DNA of 44,713 nt, from assembly GCA_021371805.1 (NCBI GenBank), contig JAJFVM010000166.1, forward strand, positions 1 through 44,713, read 5' to 3'. Under the pieces are notes generated by a model, which ran no database searches, was not told the DNA's origin, and saw nothing but the letters and a program-made list of their open reading frames with translations. This document shows positions 17,444 to 27,180 of this stretch, piece by piece. This DNA comes from a bacterium. Its GTDB lineage: Bacteria > Actinomycetota > Humimicrobiia > Humimicrobiales > Humimicrobiaceae. Numbering within the stretch: the stretch's first letter is position 1; every line of letters starts with the position of its first letter. The position numbers were made by a program, and so were the translations under genes.

Positions 17444-18958
17444 TTAGGTTTCCTGATTTTCAACAATCCGGTTCATAGCATTTATATATGCCTTGATACT
17501 TGCTTCAATGACATCTGTACTGATACCCCTGCCCAGGACTTCTATGCCATTATTGCTTATTATTATTTTTACCGCACCAATCGCATCTTTTCCTTCCGAA
17601 ACAGCTTCAATGCTGTAATCAATCAAATTTGTGCTGATTTTTGTAATCTGATCGATTGCTTTAAATGAAGCATCTATAGGTCCGTCACCAAAATGAACAG
17701 ATTCAAATAACTTACCGTTTATATCAATACCAACTGTTGATGTTGACTTCACATTTGTCCCGCTTAAAATATGATAATAATTTAACTTAAAATATTCTTT
17801 TATTTCTCTTGTTTCATTCTGGATAATTGCTTTCAGATCATTGTCATTAATTGCACCTTTTTTTTCTGCAAGCGATTTGAACCTTTCAAAAGATTTTTCT
17901 ATTTCCGCTTCATTTAAATTAAATCCAAGATCTTCAAGCCTTTTCACAAACGCATGTCTTCCTGAATGCTTCCCTAAGATCAGCTTTGAGGCTGACAGGC
18001 CGATATCTTCAGGTTTTAATATTTCGTAGGTTGATCTGTCCTTTAACATACCGTCCTGATGTATGCCGGCTTCATGGGAAAATGCATTTTTACCTACTAT
18101 GGCTTTATTAGGAGCAACTAAATAACCTGTCAAGGCAGCAACAAGATTTGAAGTCTTTGCAATTTCCCTGATATTAATATCGGTATAAAAATTCAGATCT
18201 TTTTTTCTTGTATCAAGGATTAAAGCAACTTCTTCAATTGCAGCATTTCCGGCACGTTCACCAATCCCGTTTACAGAACATTCAATCTGTCTTGCGCCTT
18301 TATTAATAGCAAGAATTGAATTTGCTACAGCCAGCCCCAGATCATTATGGCAATGTACGCTTATTATTGTATTTTCAATGCCTTTTACGTTATTCATCAA
18401 ATATTCAATAAGTCCTGAATATTCCAACGGAAGTGCATACCCCACGGTATCAGGAACATTCAATATCTTAGCACCGTTTTTTATTGCAATTTCAAACATC
18501 TTTACAAGATATTCCTTATCGCTTCTGGTAGCATCCATTGCAGAAAATTCAATATTATCGGTATATTTCTTGCATCTTTTTACCGACTCAGCCGTAATTT
18601 CAAGCACCTGTTCTCTTGTTTTATTTAACTGATGCTTTAAATGGATATCAGATGAAGAGATAAAAGTATGTATCACGGGATTAGCCGCATCTTTTAATGC
18701 TTCACCTGCAGCATCAATATCTTTAAAATTTGCTCTTGCAAGTGCAGCTATGGATTTATCTCTTATCACCTTTGATATTTCTTTAACTGCATCAAAATCA
18801 CTTTTGGAAGAAATCGGAAATCCTGCTTCTATTATATCTACATTTAATTTCTGAAGCTGATGAGCAATTTCCAGTTTTTCTTTAACGCTTAAATGCATGC
18901 CGGGAGCCTGTTCGCCATCTCTTAATGTTGTATCGAATATAAAAATTTTCTGTGACAT
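17444..18958 (-). CDS. leuA: 2-isopropylmalate synthase
   Basis: [27 protein letters not shown] and GIGERAGNA are present, together with a C-terminal LeuA dimerisation/regulatory domain. Length 504 aa. Confidence 0.9.
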   Translation of the reverse strand: MSQKIFIFDTTLRDGEQAPGMHLSVKEKLEIAHQLQKLNVDIIEAGFPISSKSDFDAVKEISKVIRDKSIAALARANFKDIDAAGEALKDAANPVIHTFISSSDIHLKHQLNKTREQVLEITAESVKRCKKYTDNIEFSAMDATRSDKEYLVKMFEIAIKNGAKILNVPDTVGYALPLEYSGLIEYLMNNVKGIENTIISVHCHNDLGLAVANSILAINKGARQIECSVNGIGERAGNAAIEEVALILDTRKKDLNFYTDINIREIAKTSNLVAALTGYLVAPNKAIVGKNAFSHEAGIHQDGMLKDRSTYEILKPEDIGLSASKLILGKHSGRHAFVKRLEDLGFNLNEAEIEKSFERFKSLAEKKGAINDNDLKAIIQNETREIKEYFKLNYYHILSGTNVKSTSTVGIDINGKLFESVHFGDGPIDASFKAIDQITKISTNLIDYSIEAVSEGKDAIGAVKIIISNNGIEVLGRGISTDVIEASIKAYINAMNRIVENQET

Positions 18959-19095
18959 TTTAATCTCGACTTTCTTTTTAAAAATTTATAAGTTTAAAAT
19001 ATTTAAAATTTGCAAAAACATTATTCAACTTATTGCAATTTAATTTTGATTTCTGATTTTAAACCGTAATTATAAATAATAATATTTATAAAGTA

Positions 19096-20688
19096 TCAAA
19101 GATTAATAATTCTTATCTTTGAAAAACCCGATAATTTTTTAAATTCTTCAAGCATCTCTTCACTGACCTCACAATCGAGGTTCAAGCCCATAAGGGCTTC
19201 TCCGCTCACTACCTTTCTGCCAACATGCATCGCAGCTATATTAACTCCAAGTTTACCGAAAGCCGTTCCGATTTTTCCGATCTGCCCCGGTATATCCTGG
19301 TATCTTATAAAAGCCATGTGTTTTGAAGGAACCATATCTATTTCAAATTTATCTACAGCTATAAATCTTGGCATATTTTTAATTCCTGTAATTGTACCCG
19401 ATACCGAAAGGTCAAGACCGACTCCTCTCCCTTTAAGATTAATCAAATTAACATAATCATGTGATTTTGGATCTTTAACTTCCATAATTTTTATTTTCTT
19501 TTCTTCCGCTATTAAATTCACATTTATAAGATTTATTCTTTCATCTGTATATTTTTGTAAAATTTTTGTCAGTATTGTCGAAACAAGAAAATTGGTTTTT
19601 AATTCCGCTATTCTGCCATAAAAGCCAATCTCAAGTTCTTCCGGACTGCCTTCGGAAAGCTGGGAAAATAATGCACCCAGATTATTGCTCAGTTTAATAA
19701 ACGGACTCACCGATTCGAATATTTCCTGGCTGAATAATGGCATATTAACGGTAAAACTTGCAACCTCGTTTTTTAAAACTTTCCTGATCTGCTCGGCTAT
19801 AATCATATCTGCCTTTTCCTGTGCTTCTGCAGTTGAAGAACTCAGGTGCGGAGTACAAATAATATTTTCTTCTTCAAATAATCTGGACTCTCTGCATGGT
19901 TCATTTTCAAATACATCTATTCCGGCTCCTCCAATATGGCCTTCCTTTACTGCTTCATATAAATCGTCCTCAACAATTATTCCGCTTTTTGAAACATTTA
20001 TAAGCAATACTCCCTTTTTCATTTTATGAAATTCTGCTTTACCTATCAAATCAGTAGTTTCCCTTGTCTTTGGAAGATGGATACTTATTATGTCTGAAAC
20101 TTTATAAATATCTTCAATAGAATCTGCCTTTTTAATACCTGACTGCCAGTATTTATCTTCTGAAACATAAGGATCATATGAAATAACATTAAGACCCAGG
20201 CCTAAAGCCTTTTTTGCCACCAGGTACCCGATTTTCCCAAACCCTATTATTCCAAGCGTTTTACCTTCAAGTTCAATACCTTTAAATTTATTTTTTTCCC
20301 ATTTGCCTGATTTAACAGCATGATTTGCCAGATAGATTTTTTTTGATAAGGAAAACATAAGAGCAATTGCAAATTCGGCTGTTGAAACTAAATTGCTCAT
20401 CGGAGCATTAACAACTGCTATTCCCTTTCTTGTGGCAGTTTTCATATCAATATTATCAATATTGGTCCCTGGTCTTCCGATTACTTTCAGGCTTTTTGCA
20501 TTATTTATTACCTCTGAAGAAACTTTGGATGAGCTTTTAATTATTAATCCATCATATTCTGCTATTTCATCATTTAATTCTGCGGCAGACAAACCTTTCT
20601 TAATGACAACTTCAAATTCTTCGTCCAGGTATCTGACTGCTTTTTCTGAAATATCATCCGTTATTAAAATTTTTTGTTTATGCTCCAT
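19096..20688 (-). CDS. serA: D-3-phosphoglycerate dehydrogenase-like protein (long type with ASB and ACT domains), divergent active site
   Basis: The 530-aa protein has GIIGFGKIG (NAD fold), DVFENEP and TPHLSSST, plus a C-terminal ACT-like domain (AFIRYQDIPGQIGKIGTAFG). Where family members read N-C-A-R-G-G, this protein reads N-V-S-K-S-G. Confidence 0.75.
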   Translation of the reverse strand: MEHKQKILITDDISEKAVRYLDEEFEVVIKKGLSAAELNDEIAEYDGLIIKSSSKVSSEVINNAKSLKVIGRPGTNIDNIDMKTATRKGIAVVNAPMSNLVSTAEFAIALMFSLSKKIYLANHAVKSGKWEKNKFKGIELEGKTLGIIGFGKIGYLVAKKALGLGLNVISYDPYVSEDKYWQSGIKKADSIEDIYKVSDIISIHLPKTRETTDLIGKAEFHKMKKGVLLINVSKSGIIVEDDLYEAVKEGHIGGAGIDVFENEPCRESRLFEEENIICTPHLSSSTAEAQEKADMIIAEQIRKVLKNEVASFTVNMPLFSQEIFESVSPFIKLSNNLGALFSQLSEGSPEELEIGFYGRIAELKTNFLVSTILTKILQKYTDERINLINVNLIAEEKKIKIMEVKDPKSHDYVNLINLKGRGVGLDLSVSGTITGIKNMPRFIAVDKFEIDMVPSKHMAFIRYQDIPGQIGKIGTAFGKLGVNIAAMHVGRKVVSGEALMGLNLDCEVSEEMLEEFKKLSGFSKIRIINL

Positions 20689-20780
20689 TTTATTTCCTCA
20701 TTTTAAAAAATCGTATTGATTCTAATCCTAACAGTAATGTGTATGAATCCGGAAAAATTCAAATTGCCAAGATTAAAATA

Positions 20781-21269
20781 TTATTTTTTAATATTTTTTC
20801 CTCTTGCGCAAGCTATCATGCCGGTTCTCACAAATTCAAGTATACCATAAGGTTTTAACAATTCTTTAAAGGCATTTATTTTGGTTTCCGCTCCTGTCAA
20901 TTCAAGTGTCAGAGAGCTTTTGCATACATCGACTACATTTGCCCTGAAAATATTTGCTATTTCCAGAATTTCAGCCCTGCTTTTATTTTCTGTATTTACC
21001 TTCACAAGAACCAATTCCCTGCGAATGGAACAGCCAGGATCAAGCTTTTGTATTTTCAATACATTGATCAATTTATGCAATTGTTTTGTGATCTGTTCAA
21101 CTGTTTTTTCATCCGTATTAACCACAATTGTAATTTTTGATATTTTTTCGTCATCAGTCGGACCAACCGTAAGGCTTTCGATATTAAAACCTCTTCTGCT
21201 GAAAAGTCCTGATATTTTCGCCAAAACACCTGATTTGTTTTCTACTAAAACAGAAATTATTTGATTCAT
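20781..21269 (-). CDS. ilvN: acetolactate synthase small (regulatory) subunit
   Basis: ISVLVENKSGVLAKISGLFSRRGFNIESLTVG is the ACT domain. Length 162 aa. It overlaps ilvB by 4 nt. Confidence 0.92.
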   Translation of the reverse strand: MNQIISVLVENKSGVLAKISGLFSRRGFNIESLTVGPTDDEKISKITIVVNTDEKTVEQITKQLHKLINVLKIQKLDPGCSIRRELVLVKVNTENKSRAEILEIANIFRANVVDVCKSSLTLELTGAETKINAFKELLKPYGILEFVRTGMIACARGKNIKK

Positions 21270-22975
21270 TTTTTCACCTGCTTATGATCTAACATTTCAC
21301 TAATAGGAGCACCCGGTGCGACAAACGGAAAAACATTCTCATCCGGATCGATCCAGAAATCTATCAATACAAGATTTTTAATGCTGATTGCATCTTTTAT
21401 TGCCTTTTCAATATCCTTTTTTTCTTTTACTCTAAATCCGACTCCACCGTAAGCTTCAATAAGTTTTACAAAATCCACACATCCTTTTATGCAGGTTTCC
21501 GAATATCTTTCATTGTAAAATAATTCCTGCCATTGTTTAACCAATCCAAGATTGCCATTGTTTAAAAGTATAATTTTTATAGGTAAATTATTAATGGCAG
21601 CAGTTGCAAATTCCTGCGACACCATCTGAATGCTTCCGTCACCCGCAATATCAAAAACTAGTTTGTCCGGTCTGCCAAACTGTGCACCTATTGAAGCCGG
21701 CAGCCCGAAACCCATTGTTCCAAGACCTCCGGAAGAGATAAATGTCCTTGGCTCAAGAACCTTATAATACTGAGCTGCCCACATCTGATTCTGGCCAACT
21801 TCAGTACAAATAATTGCATCTCCTTTTGTCAGTTCCTGCAAAGTTTCAATAATAAAACCAGGTTTAACTAAATCAGTATTTCTATCATAGCGAACCGGAT
21901 ATTTTTTCTTCCAACATTCTATTTCGTCAAGCCATTGCGAAAAATCTGCCAACCCTTTTTCAGAACTTAGTTTTTTATATTCGACAATCAAATCGGCCAG
22001 AACCGACTTTGCATCTCCGACAATAGGTATTGCAACTTTTACATTTTTACCTATTTCCGCAGGATCAACATCTATATGAATTATTTCCGCATTTTTTGCA
22101 AATTCGCTTAATTTTCCGGTTACCCTGTCGTCAAATCTTACTCCTATTCCTATAATTAAATCCGTATTTACAAATGCCATGTTAGCATATCTTGCACCAT
22201 GCATCCCTGCCATTCCTAAAGACAGTTTTTTGTTTTCAGGATATGCTCCTTTGCCAAGCAAAGAAGATACTACAGGTATTTGTGCATAATCTGCAAATTC
22301 CCTCAAAAGATTACTGGCATTTGAAGAAATAACACCGCCTCCGGAAAAAATGACCGGTTTTTTACTATGGGAAATTTTGATGGCTGCTTCTTTTATCTGC
22401 TTTAAATTACCCTTTATTGTAGGTTTATATCCGGGTAGATTTATTTCACCCTTAACCTGTTCGTCTATCAATGCTACCTGAATATCATGGGGTATATCAA
22501 CCAGTACCGGGCCGGGCCTTCCTGTAGATGCAATATAAAAAGCTTCCTTGATGATATTTGGAAGTTCTTTGATATTCTTAACCAGATAATTATGTTTTGT
22601 TATCGGTGCGGTAATGCCGGTTATATCTGCTTCCTGAAAGGAATCGGTACCTATTTCCGGAGTTGTTACCTGACCTGTAATGGCAACAATCGGTACCGAA
22701 TCCATATAGGCATTTGCGATACCTGTTATCAGATTGGTTGCACCCGGTCCTGAAGTAGCCATACATACACCTGTTTTTCCCGTTGCACGGGCATAACCAT
22801 CTGCCGCATGTGCGGCGCCTTGTTCATGCCTTACCAGTACATGCTTGATTTTCTTTTCGTCATATATTGCATCATATATCGGAATTACTTTCCCTCCAGG
22901 ATATCCGAAAATATATTCCACGCCTTCATTTTCAAGACATTTCAATAACATTTTTGAGCCGTTAATCTTGCTCAT
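21266..22975 (-). CDS. ilvB: acetolactate synthase large (catalytic) subunit
   Basis: The TPP enzyme motifs RHEQGAAHAADGYAR, SGPGATN and GLGTMGFGLPASIGA...GDGS are present. Length 569 aa. Confidence 0.93.
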   Translation of the reverse strand: MSKINGSKMLLKCLENEGVEYIFGYPGGKVIPIYDAIYDEKKIKHVLVRHEQGAAHAADGYARATGKTGVCMATSGPGATNLITGIANAYMDSVPIVAITGQVTTPEIGTDSFQEADITGITAPITKHNYLVKNIKELPNIIKEAFYIASTGRPGPVLVDIPHDIQVALIDEQVKGEINLPGYKPTIKGNLKQIKEAAIKISHSKKPVIFSGGGVISSNASNLLREFADYAQIPVVSSLLGKGAYPENKKLSLGMAGMHGARYANMAFVNTDLIIGIGVRFDDRVTGKLSEFAKNAEIIHIDVDPAEIGKNVKVAIPIVGDAKSVLADLIVEYKKLSSEKGLADFSQWLDEIECWKKKYPVRYDRNTDLVKPGFIIETLQELTKGDAIICTEVGQNQMWAAQYYKVLEPRTFISSGGLGTMGFGLPASIGAQFGRPDKLVFDIAGDGSIQMVSQEFATAAINNLPIKIILLNNGNLGLVKQWQELFYNERYSETCIKGCVDFVKLIEAYGGVGFRVKEKKDIEKAIKDAISIKNLVLIDFWIDPDENVFPFVAPGAPISEMLDHKQVKK

Positions 22976-23186
22976 TTTTTCTCCTGTTTATTTTTTTACA
23001 TTTGCTATTTAAATATTTATTAAAAATCCTTAATTAAAAATTAATTAAATCCTGAAAATCCTTATGTTTATGTTTAAATATATAAATAATATTATTTAAT
23101 TTAATTACAAATCAATAATGAAAACAATATATAAAAATTTTCCGACACTCTTATAAATAACAATTCAATGATCAGTTTAAAAAAAG

Positions 23187-24866
23187 TTACCGAAGTATTG
23201 CACCTTTGGAAGCTGACATTACCAATTTTGCATACCTGCTTAAATAACCTTCTTTAACCTTCTGCTCAGGTGCTTTCCAATTTTTAAGCCTTAAATTAAT
23301 TTCTTCATCAGGAACAAGCAAACTGATCCTGCTGTTATTAATATCTATTTCTATAAAATCTCCCTCGTTAACGGCAGCCAACGGACCTCCAACCATAGCT
23401 TCGGGTGAGATATGCCCTATGGAAGCACCTCTTGTAGCACCGGAAAATCTCCCGTCAGTGATAAGAGCAACTTCTTTATCCATTCCCATACCGGCTATTG
23501 CAGAAGTAGGGGCAAGCATCTCACTCATTCCTGGTCCGCCTTTGGGACCCTCATATCTTATAACTATTATATCTCCCGAATTAATTGCTCCATTCATTAT
23601 AGCTGCTACTGCTTCTTCTTCACCATTAAAAACTCTTGCTTTACCTTTATGATGATACATTGACGGATCTACAGCTGATTTCTTTACAACTCCGCCCTCC
23701 GGTGCAATGTTTCCATATAATACTCTCAATCCTCCGTCAGGAAGATACGGATTATTGATACCTCTGATAACTTCATTGTTTAATATTTTAGCGCTTTTAA
23801 CATTTTCTCTTACTTTTCTGCCGGTGACTGTCAGTAATTCTCCATCAATCAAGTCATTTTTTAATAATTCATTCATCAGCGCCTCAATTCCGCCTGCCAT
23901 ATATAAATCAAAAATATGGAATATGCCTGCCGGACTTAACTGGCATAAATTCGGTGTTCTTGAACTTATTTCATTCACCAGCTCAAGGGAAAAATTTATT
24001 TTAGCCTCGTTGGCAATTGCAGGAATGTGAAGTACGGTATTGCTTGATCCTCCAAGAGCCATATCAACTGCTAAAGCATTCGTCACGGATTTAATATTGA
24101 CAATATCCCTCGGCTTAATATCATTCTTTACAAGATCTAAAATCTGCATTCCGGCTTTTTTTGCAAGCCTTATTCTTTTTGAATAAACTGCCGGAATTGT
24201 TCCGTTACCAGGCAATCCTAAACCTAAGGCTTCCGTCAGGCAATTCATAGTATTGGCAGTAAACATTCCTGAGCAGCTTCCGCAAGTCGGGCATAATTCT
24301 TCTTCTATAAGATCTAAATCCACCTGATCATATACTCCTTTATTGAATTTTCCTATTGCTTCATAACCCGTACTATAGTCGATATCCCTGCCATTTAATC
24401 TGCCTGTTAACATTGGCCCGCCGCTTATGACAATTGAAGGAATATTAAGCCTTAAAGCGGCCATTATCATTCCCGGTATTATTTTGTCACAATTCGGAAC
24501 CAGTACAAGACCGTCAAAAGGATGTGCCATGCAAACTGTTTCGATACTGTCAGCTATTAATTCCCTTGATGCTAAAGAATATTTCATTCCGGGATGATTC
24601 ATAGCAACGCCGTCACAAACCCCGATTGTCGAAAATTCCTGTGGTGTTCCGCCGGCGATACGGATACCGGCTTTAACAGCATCAACTATACTTCTTAAAT
24701 GCATATGCCCCGGAATAAGCTCATTAAATGAATTCACAACACCTATAATAGGCCTGTTTATTTCTTCACTTGTAAATCCAAGAGATTTAAAAATAGCACG
24801 ATGCGGCAACCGTGCAACTCCTTTTTTCATTAAATCGCTTCTCACATTTCCTCCTCTGAATTTCAT
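23187..24866 (-). CDS. ilvD: dihydroxy-acid dehydratase
   Basis: [24 protein letters not shown] and [11 protein letters not shown] are IlvD motifs. The longest ORF starts at ATG 24866 and has no SD. GTG at 24845 is preceded by AGAGGAGGA (4-nt spacer) and would give the canonical MRSD N-terminus, so 24845 is the more likely true start. Confidence 0.93.
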   Translation of the reverse strand: MKFRGGNVRSDLMKKGVARLPHRAIFKSLGFTSEEINRPIIGVVNSFNELIPGHMHLRSIVDAVKAGIRIAGGTPQEFSTIGVCDGVAMNHPGMKYSLASRELIADSIETVCMAHPFDGLVLVPNCDKIIPGMIMAALRLNIPSIVISGGPMLTGRLNGRDIDYSTGYEAIGKFNKGVYDQVDLDLIEEELCPTCGSCSGMFTANTMNCLTEALGLGLPGNGTIPAVYSKRIRLAKKAGMQILDLVKNDIKPRDIVNIKSVTNALAVDMALGGSSNTVLHIPAIANEAKINFSLELVNEISSRTPNLCQLSPAGIFHIFDLYMAGGIEALMNELLKNDLIDGELLTVTGRKVRENVKSAKILNNEVIRGINNPYLPDGGLRVLYGNIAPEGGVVKKSAVDPSMYHHKGKARVFNGEEEAVAAIMNGAINSGDIIVIRYEGPKGGPGMSEMLAPTSAIAGMGMDKEVALITDGRFSGATRGASIGHISPEAMVGGPLAAVNEGDFIEIDINNSRISLLVPDEEINLRLKNWKAPEQKVKEGYLSRYAKLVMSASKGAILR

Positions 24867-25062
24867 TTAATTTCAATAAATTTTATAAAATAAATTTTAT
24901 AATTTTTTATAATCTGTCTGCCTGTGCTAACTATATTTTAATTTTATTAACAGCTTATAAATACTAAAAAACATATAAAATACTAATATTATTAAACTTA
25001 ACGGATATAAATAAAGAAAAAAATAAAAAATAAATCAGATTCTTAGGGCATTATATCCGAAG

Positions 25063-25185
25063 TTAGGATAGAACACCCAGGAGAATGAGGCTGACGAGCA
25101 CAATAATGACGATAGAAACAGTTCCGGTTAATTTAACCGGAAAAAGCTTTTGCAAAGATCCTGCCATGTTCAATTTAAAACTCAT
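25063..25185 (-). CDS. 40-codon ORF rich in Ile/Leu/Val (candidate ilv leader peptide or small membrane protein)
   Basis: Hand translation gives MSFKLNMAGSLQKLFPVKLTGTVSIVIIVLVSLILLGVLS. AAGGGA lies 5 nt upstream of the ATG. The ORF sits between the terminator of the preceding gene and ilvD, about 200 nt upstream of ilvD. It is below the 60-aa cutoff of the supplied ORF track. Confidence 0.35.
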   Translation of the reverse strand: MSFKLNMAGSLQKLFPVKLTGTVSIVIIVLVSLILLGVLS

Positions 25186-25245
25186 TAAAATCCCTTAGTT
25201 TCCATCAATTGGTTGTAACTTGAAGAAAAATCTTAACATACTTAT

Positions 25246-25301
25246 GCAATAAAAACAACAAAAATTAAGGGAACCATCTTAAACCCCAATGGCTCCCTTA
25301 A
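25246..25301 (-). terminator. rho-independent terminator of the protease gene
   Basis: A 13-bp stem pairs TTAAGGGAACCAT (25265-25277) with ATGGCTCCCTTAA (25289-25301), with one mismatch and an 11-nt loop. On the minus strand it is followed by TTTTGTTGTTTTT. Confidence 0.75.
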
Positions 25302-25355
25302 TTTCATTTAATATATATTTTATCTACTAACTTTTATTAACCTTCAATATAAATA

Positions 25356-26861
25356 TTATTTAAGTTTATTACCGCATTTTGCACAAAATACCTGATCCGG
25401 ATCAACTTTGGCACCGCAGTTCGGACAGAACTTAACTTCTTCTTCTTTTTCCTCTTTGCTTTCAGAAGGCTTTTGCTCTTCTATGACTTGTTCCTTTTCG
25501 ACGTTTGTGGTTACCTGTTGAGGAGCCTGTTGAGTCTGAACAGGAGGCTGGGTTTTTCTCCTTGTAACTACTAGCACAATAATTACAACAACAGCGATAA
25601 TTAATACTAACGGAATTACAATTATTAATATTAAAACTGTAGTTGAAAGTTTTGAACCGGCTTTTGTCGATACTGTTGAAACACTGCTTGAAGCGCTTGT
25701 AGTTTCAGCAGCCTGGGAAATAGTAGTTGTTTCCTGAACAAGAGGTTTATCCTGTCCCATATTGGCTTGTGCTTTTGCCTTATATTCCATTGCAAGCAAA
25801 TGACCGGCACTTAAATTTAAAACTGCATCGAAATGTTTAATAGCCTCGCTATAATGCTGAAACCTGAACATAACAAGACCGGTCTTCCATTCCTCGTCAA
25901 CCATGCCAAGTTTATTTTCAGTACTTAAAGATGTTTTGATATCATTGCCTGGTCTTATATAATTGTTTGTATTATCTGTGCCGGCGGAAACAATTCCGAT
26001 TACATTTCCATTCTTGTCAAGTACCGGACCGCCGCTGTTTCCCGGTCTCACATCTCCCTGAATCTGGACCCATTCGGTACCGCCAACCATTTGTTTGCCG
26101 CTTACCGTACCATTGGTAACTGTAGGATTCAAAGTATTATCCTGTCCTATTTCGGATGTCCATGGATATCCGATAACAGTTACGGCATCCTGAATTTCAA
26201 TCATTGTAGAGTCTCCGATGATTGCACTTGACAATGCTCTTCCTGTTTGAGGAGTAATTCTTATTATTCCGATATCTCTCTGATCAAACGGACTCATCGA
26301 AACAACTTCTGCCCTTAAATATGAGCTTTTACCCGGGCCTTCAGGCTGAGAAGCAACAGCGGTATTGAACTGAACGTAAACTTCAAGATCGTAAGGAGGC
26401 CCTTCACGACCTTCAACTTTTATGTTTTCGTAAGCCCAGTTCCAGTCAGCATCCGTCCACGCATCCAGCTCCCCGGCATTTCCGTATGCATCCATAAGGT
26501 ATGCATAAATAAGATCATATTTGAAAGTGGCTTCATCAATGTCAAGAACATGCCCTGCGGTAACTATATGACCCGTCTGAGGATTTACAACAAAACCGGT
26601 GCCGCCAAATGCTTCATAGTAATAATTGCTCCACTGATTTGTCCATGGATCAAGCACATATCCATAAAATATGGAAGTTATGTAGCATACGGATGGTTCT
26701 ACAAGAAGAACCTTATCGGCAGCAGTAAGTTGATAATTTGTCACATCATCCGGTAATTTAGAGGCTGATGTTGTATCATCTGCAAATAAAATGGCAGCAA
26801 AACTTGATACAAGTACAAACACGACTATAAAAATCAGAACTTTGAAAAAATTTCTTGACAT
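25356..26861 (-). CDS. secreted trypsin-like (S1 family) serine protease with C-terminal transmembrane anchor and cytoplasmic zinc-ribbon
   Basis: The N-terminal signal/anchor is FKVLIFIVVFVLVSSFAAILFA. The catalytic triad context is TAGHVL, DIGIIRI and GNSGGPVLDKNGNVIGIVSAG. After it come a Ser/Thr-rich linker, the TM helix VLILIIVIPLVLIIAVVVIIVLVV and the tail FCPNCGAKV...FCAKCGNKL. SD AGGAGAAAAGG is present. Confidence 0.8.
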   Translation of the reverse strand: MSRNFFKVLIFIVVFVLVSSFAAILFADDTTSASKLPDDVTNYQLTAADKVLLVEPSVCYITSIFYGYVLDPWTNQWSNYYYEAFGGTGFVVNPQTGHIVTAGHVLDIDEATFKYDLIYAYLMDAYGNAGELDAWTDADWNWAYENIKVEGREGPPYDLEVYVQFNTAVASQPEGPGKSSYLRAEVVSMSPFDQRDIGIIRITPQTGRALSSAIIGDSTMIEIQDAVTVIGYPWTSEIGQDNTLNPTVTNGTVSGKQMVGGTEWVQIQGDVRPGNSGGPVLDKNGNVIGIVSAGTDNTNNYIRPGNDIKTSLSTENKLGMVDEEWKTGLVMFRFQHYSEAIKHFDAVLNLSAGHLLAMEYKAKAQANMGQDKPLVQETTTISQAAETTSASSSVSTVSTKAGSKLSTTVLILIIVIPLVLIIAVVVIIVLVVTRRKTQPPVQTQQAPQQVTTNVEKEQVIEEQKPSESKEEKEEEVKFCPNCGAKVDPDQVFCAKCGNKLK

Positions 26862-27180
26862 CCTTTTCTCCTAAGTAGTGGTTTGATTTACTTAATTTAT
26901 ATATTAGCAAAAACATTAATAAAATTAATTATAAATTCTTTTCACTCACTGTCAAATTAAATACTATAAATTTATTATATTTTATATAAATAATTATTAA
27001 ACAAAACTTTCAACTATTAAACTTAAACTTTAAAATCCGGAAACAGTAAGCCCAAACATTAAAAAAAACATTATAGTCCTTAAATATATATTATAAATAT
27101 TTTATTGTTTTTACTATTATTTTTTTAAAAAATCTTAATTTGATCATAATATAAAGCAAAATTGATTGATCCTGCCATTT

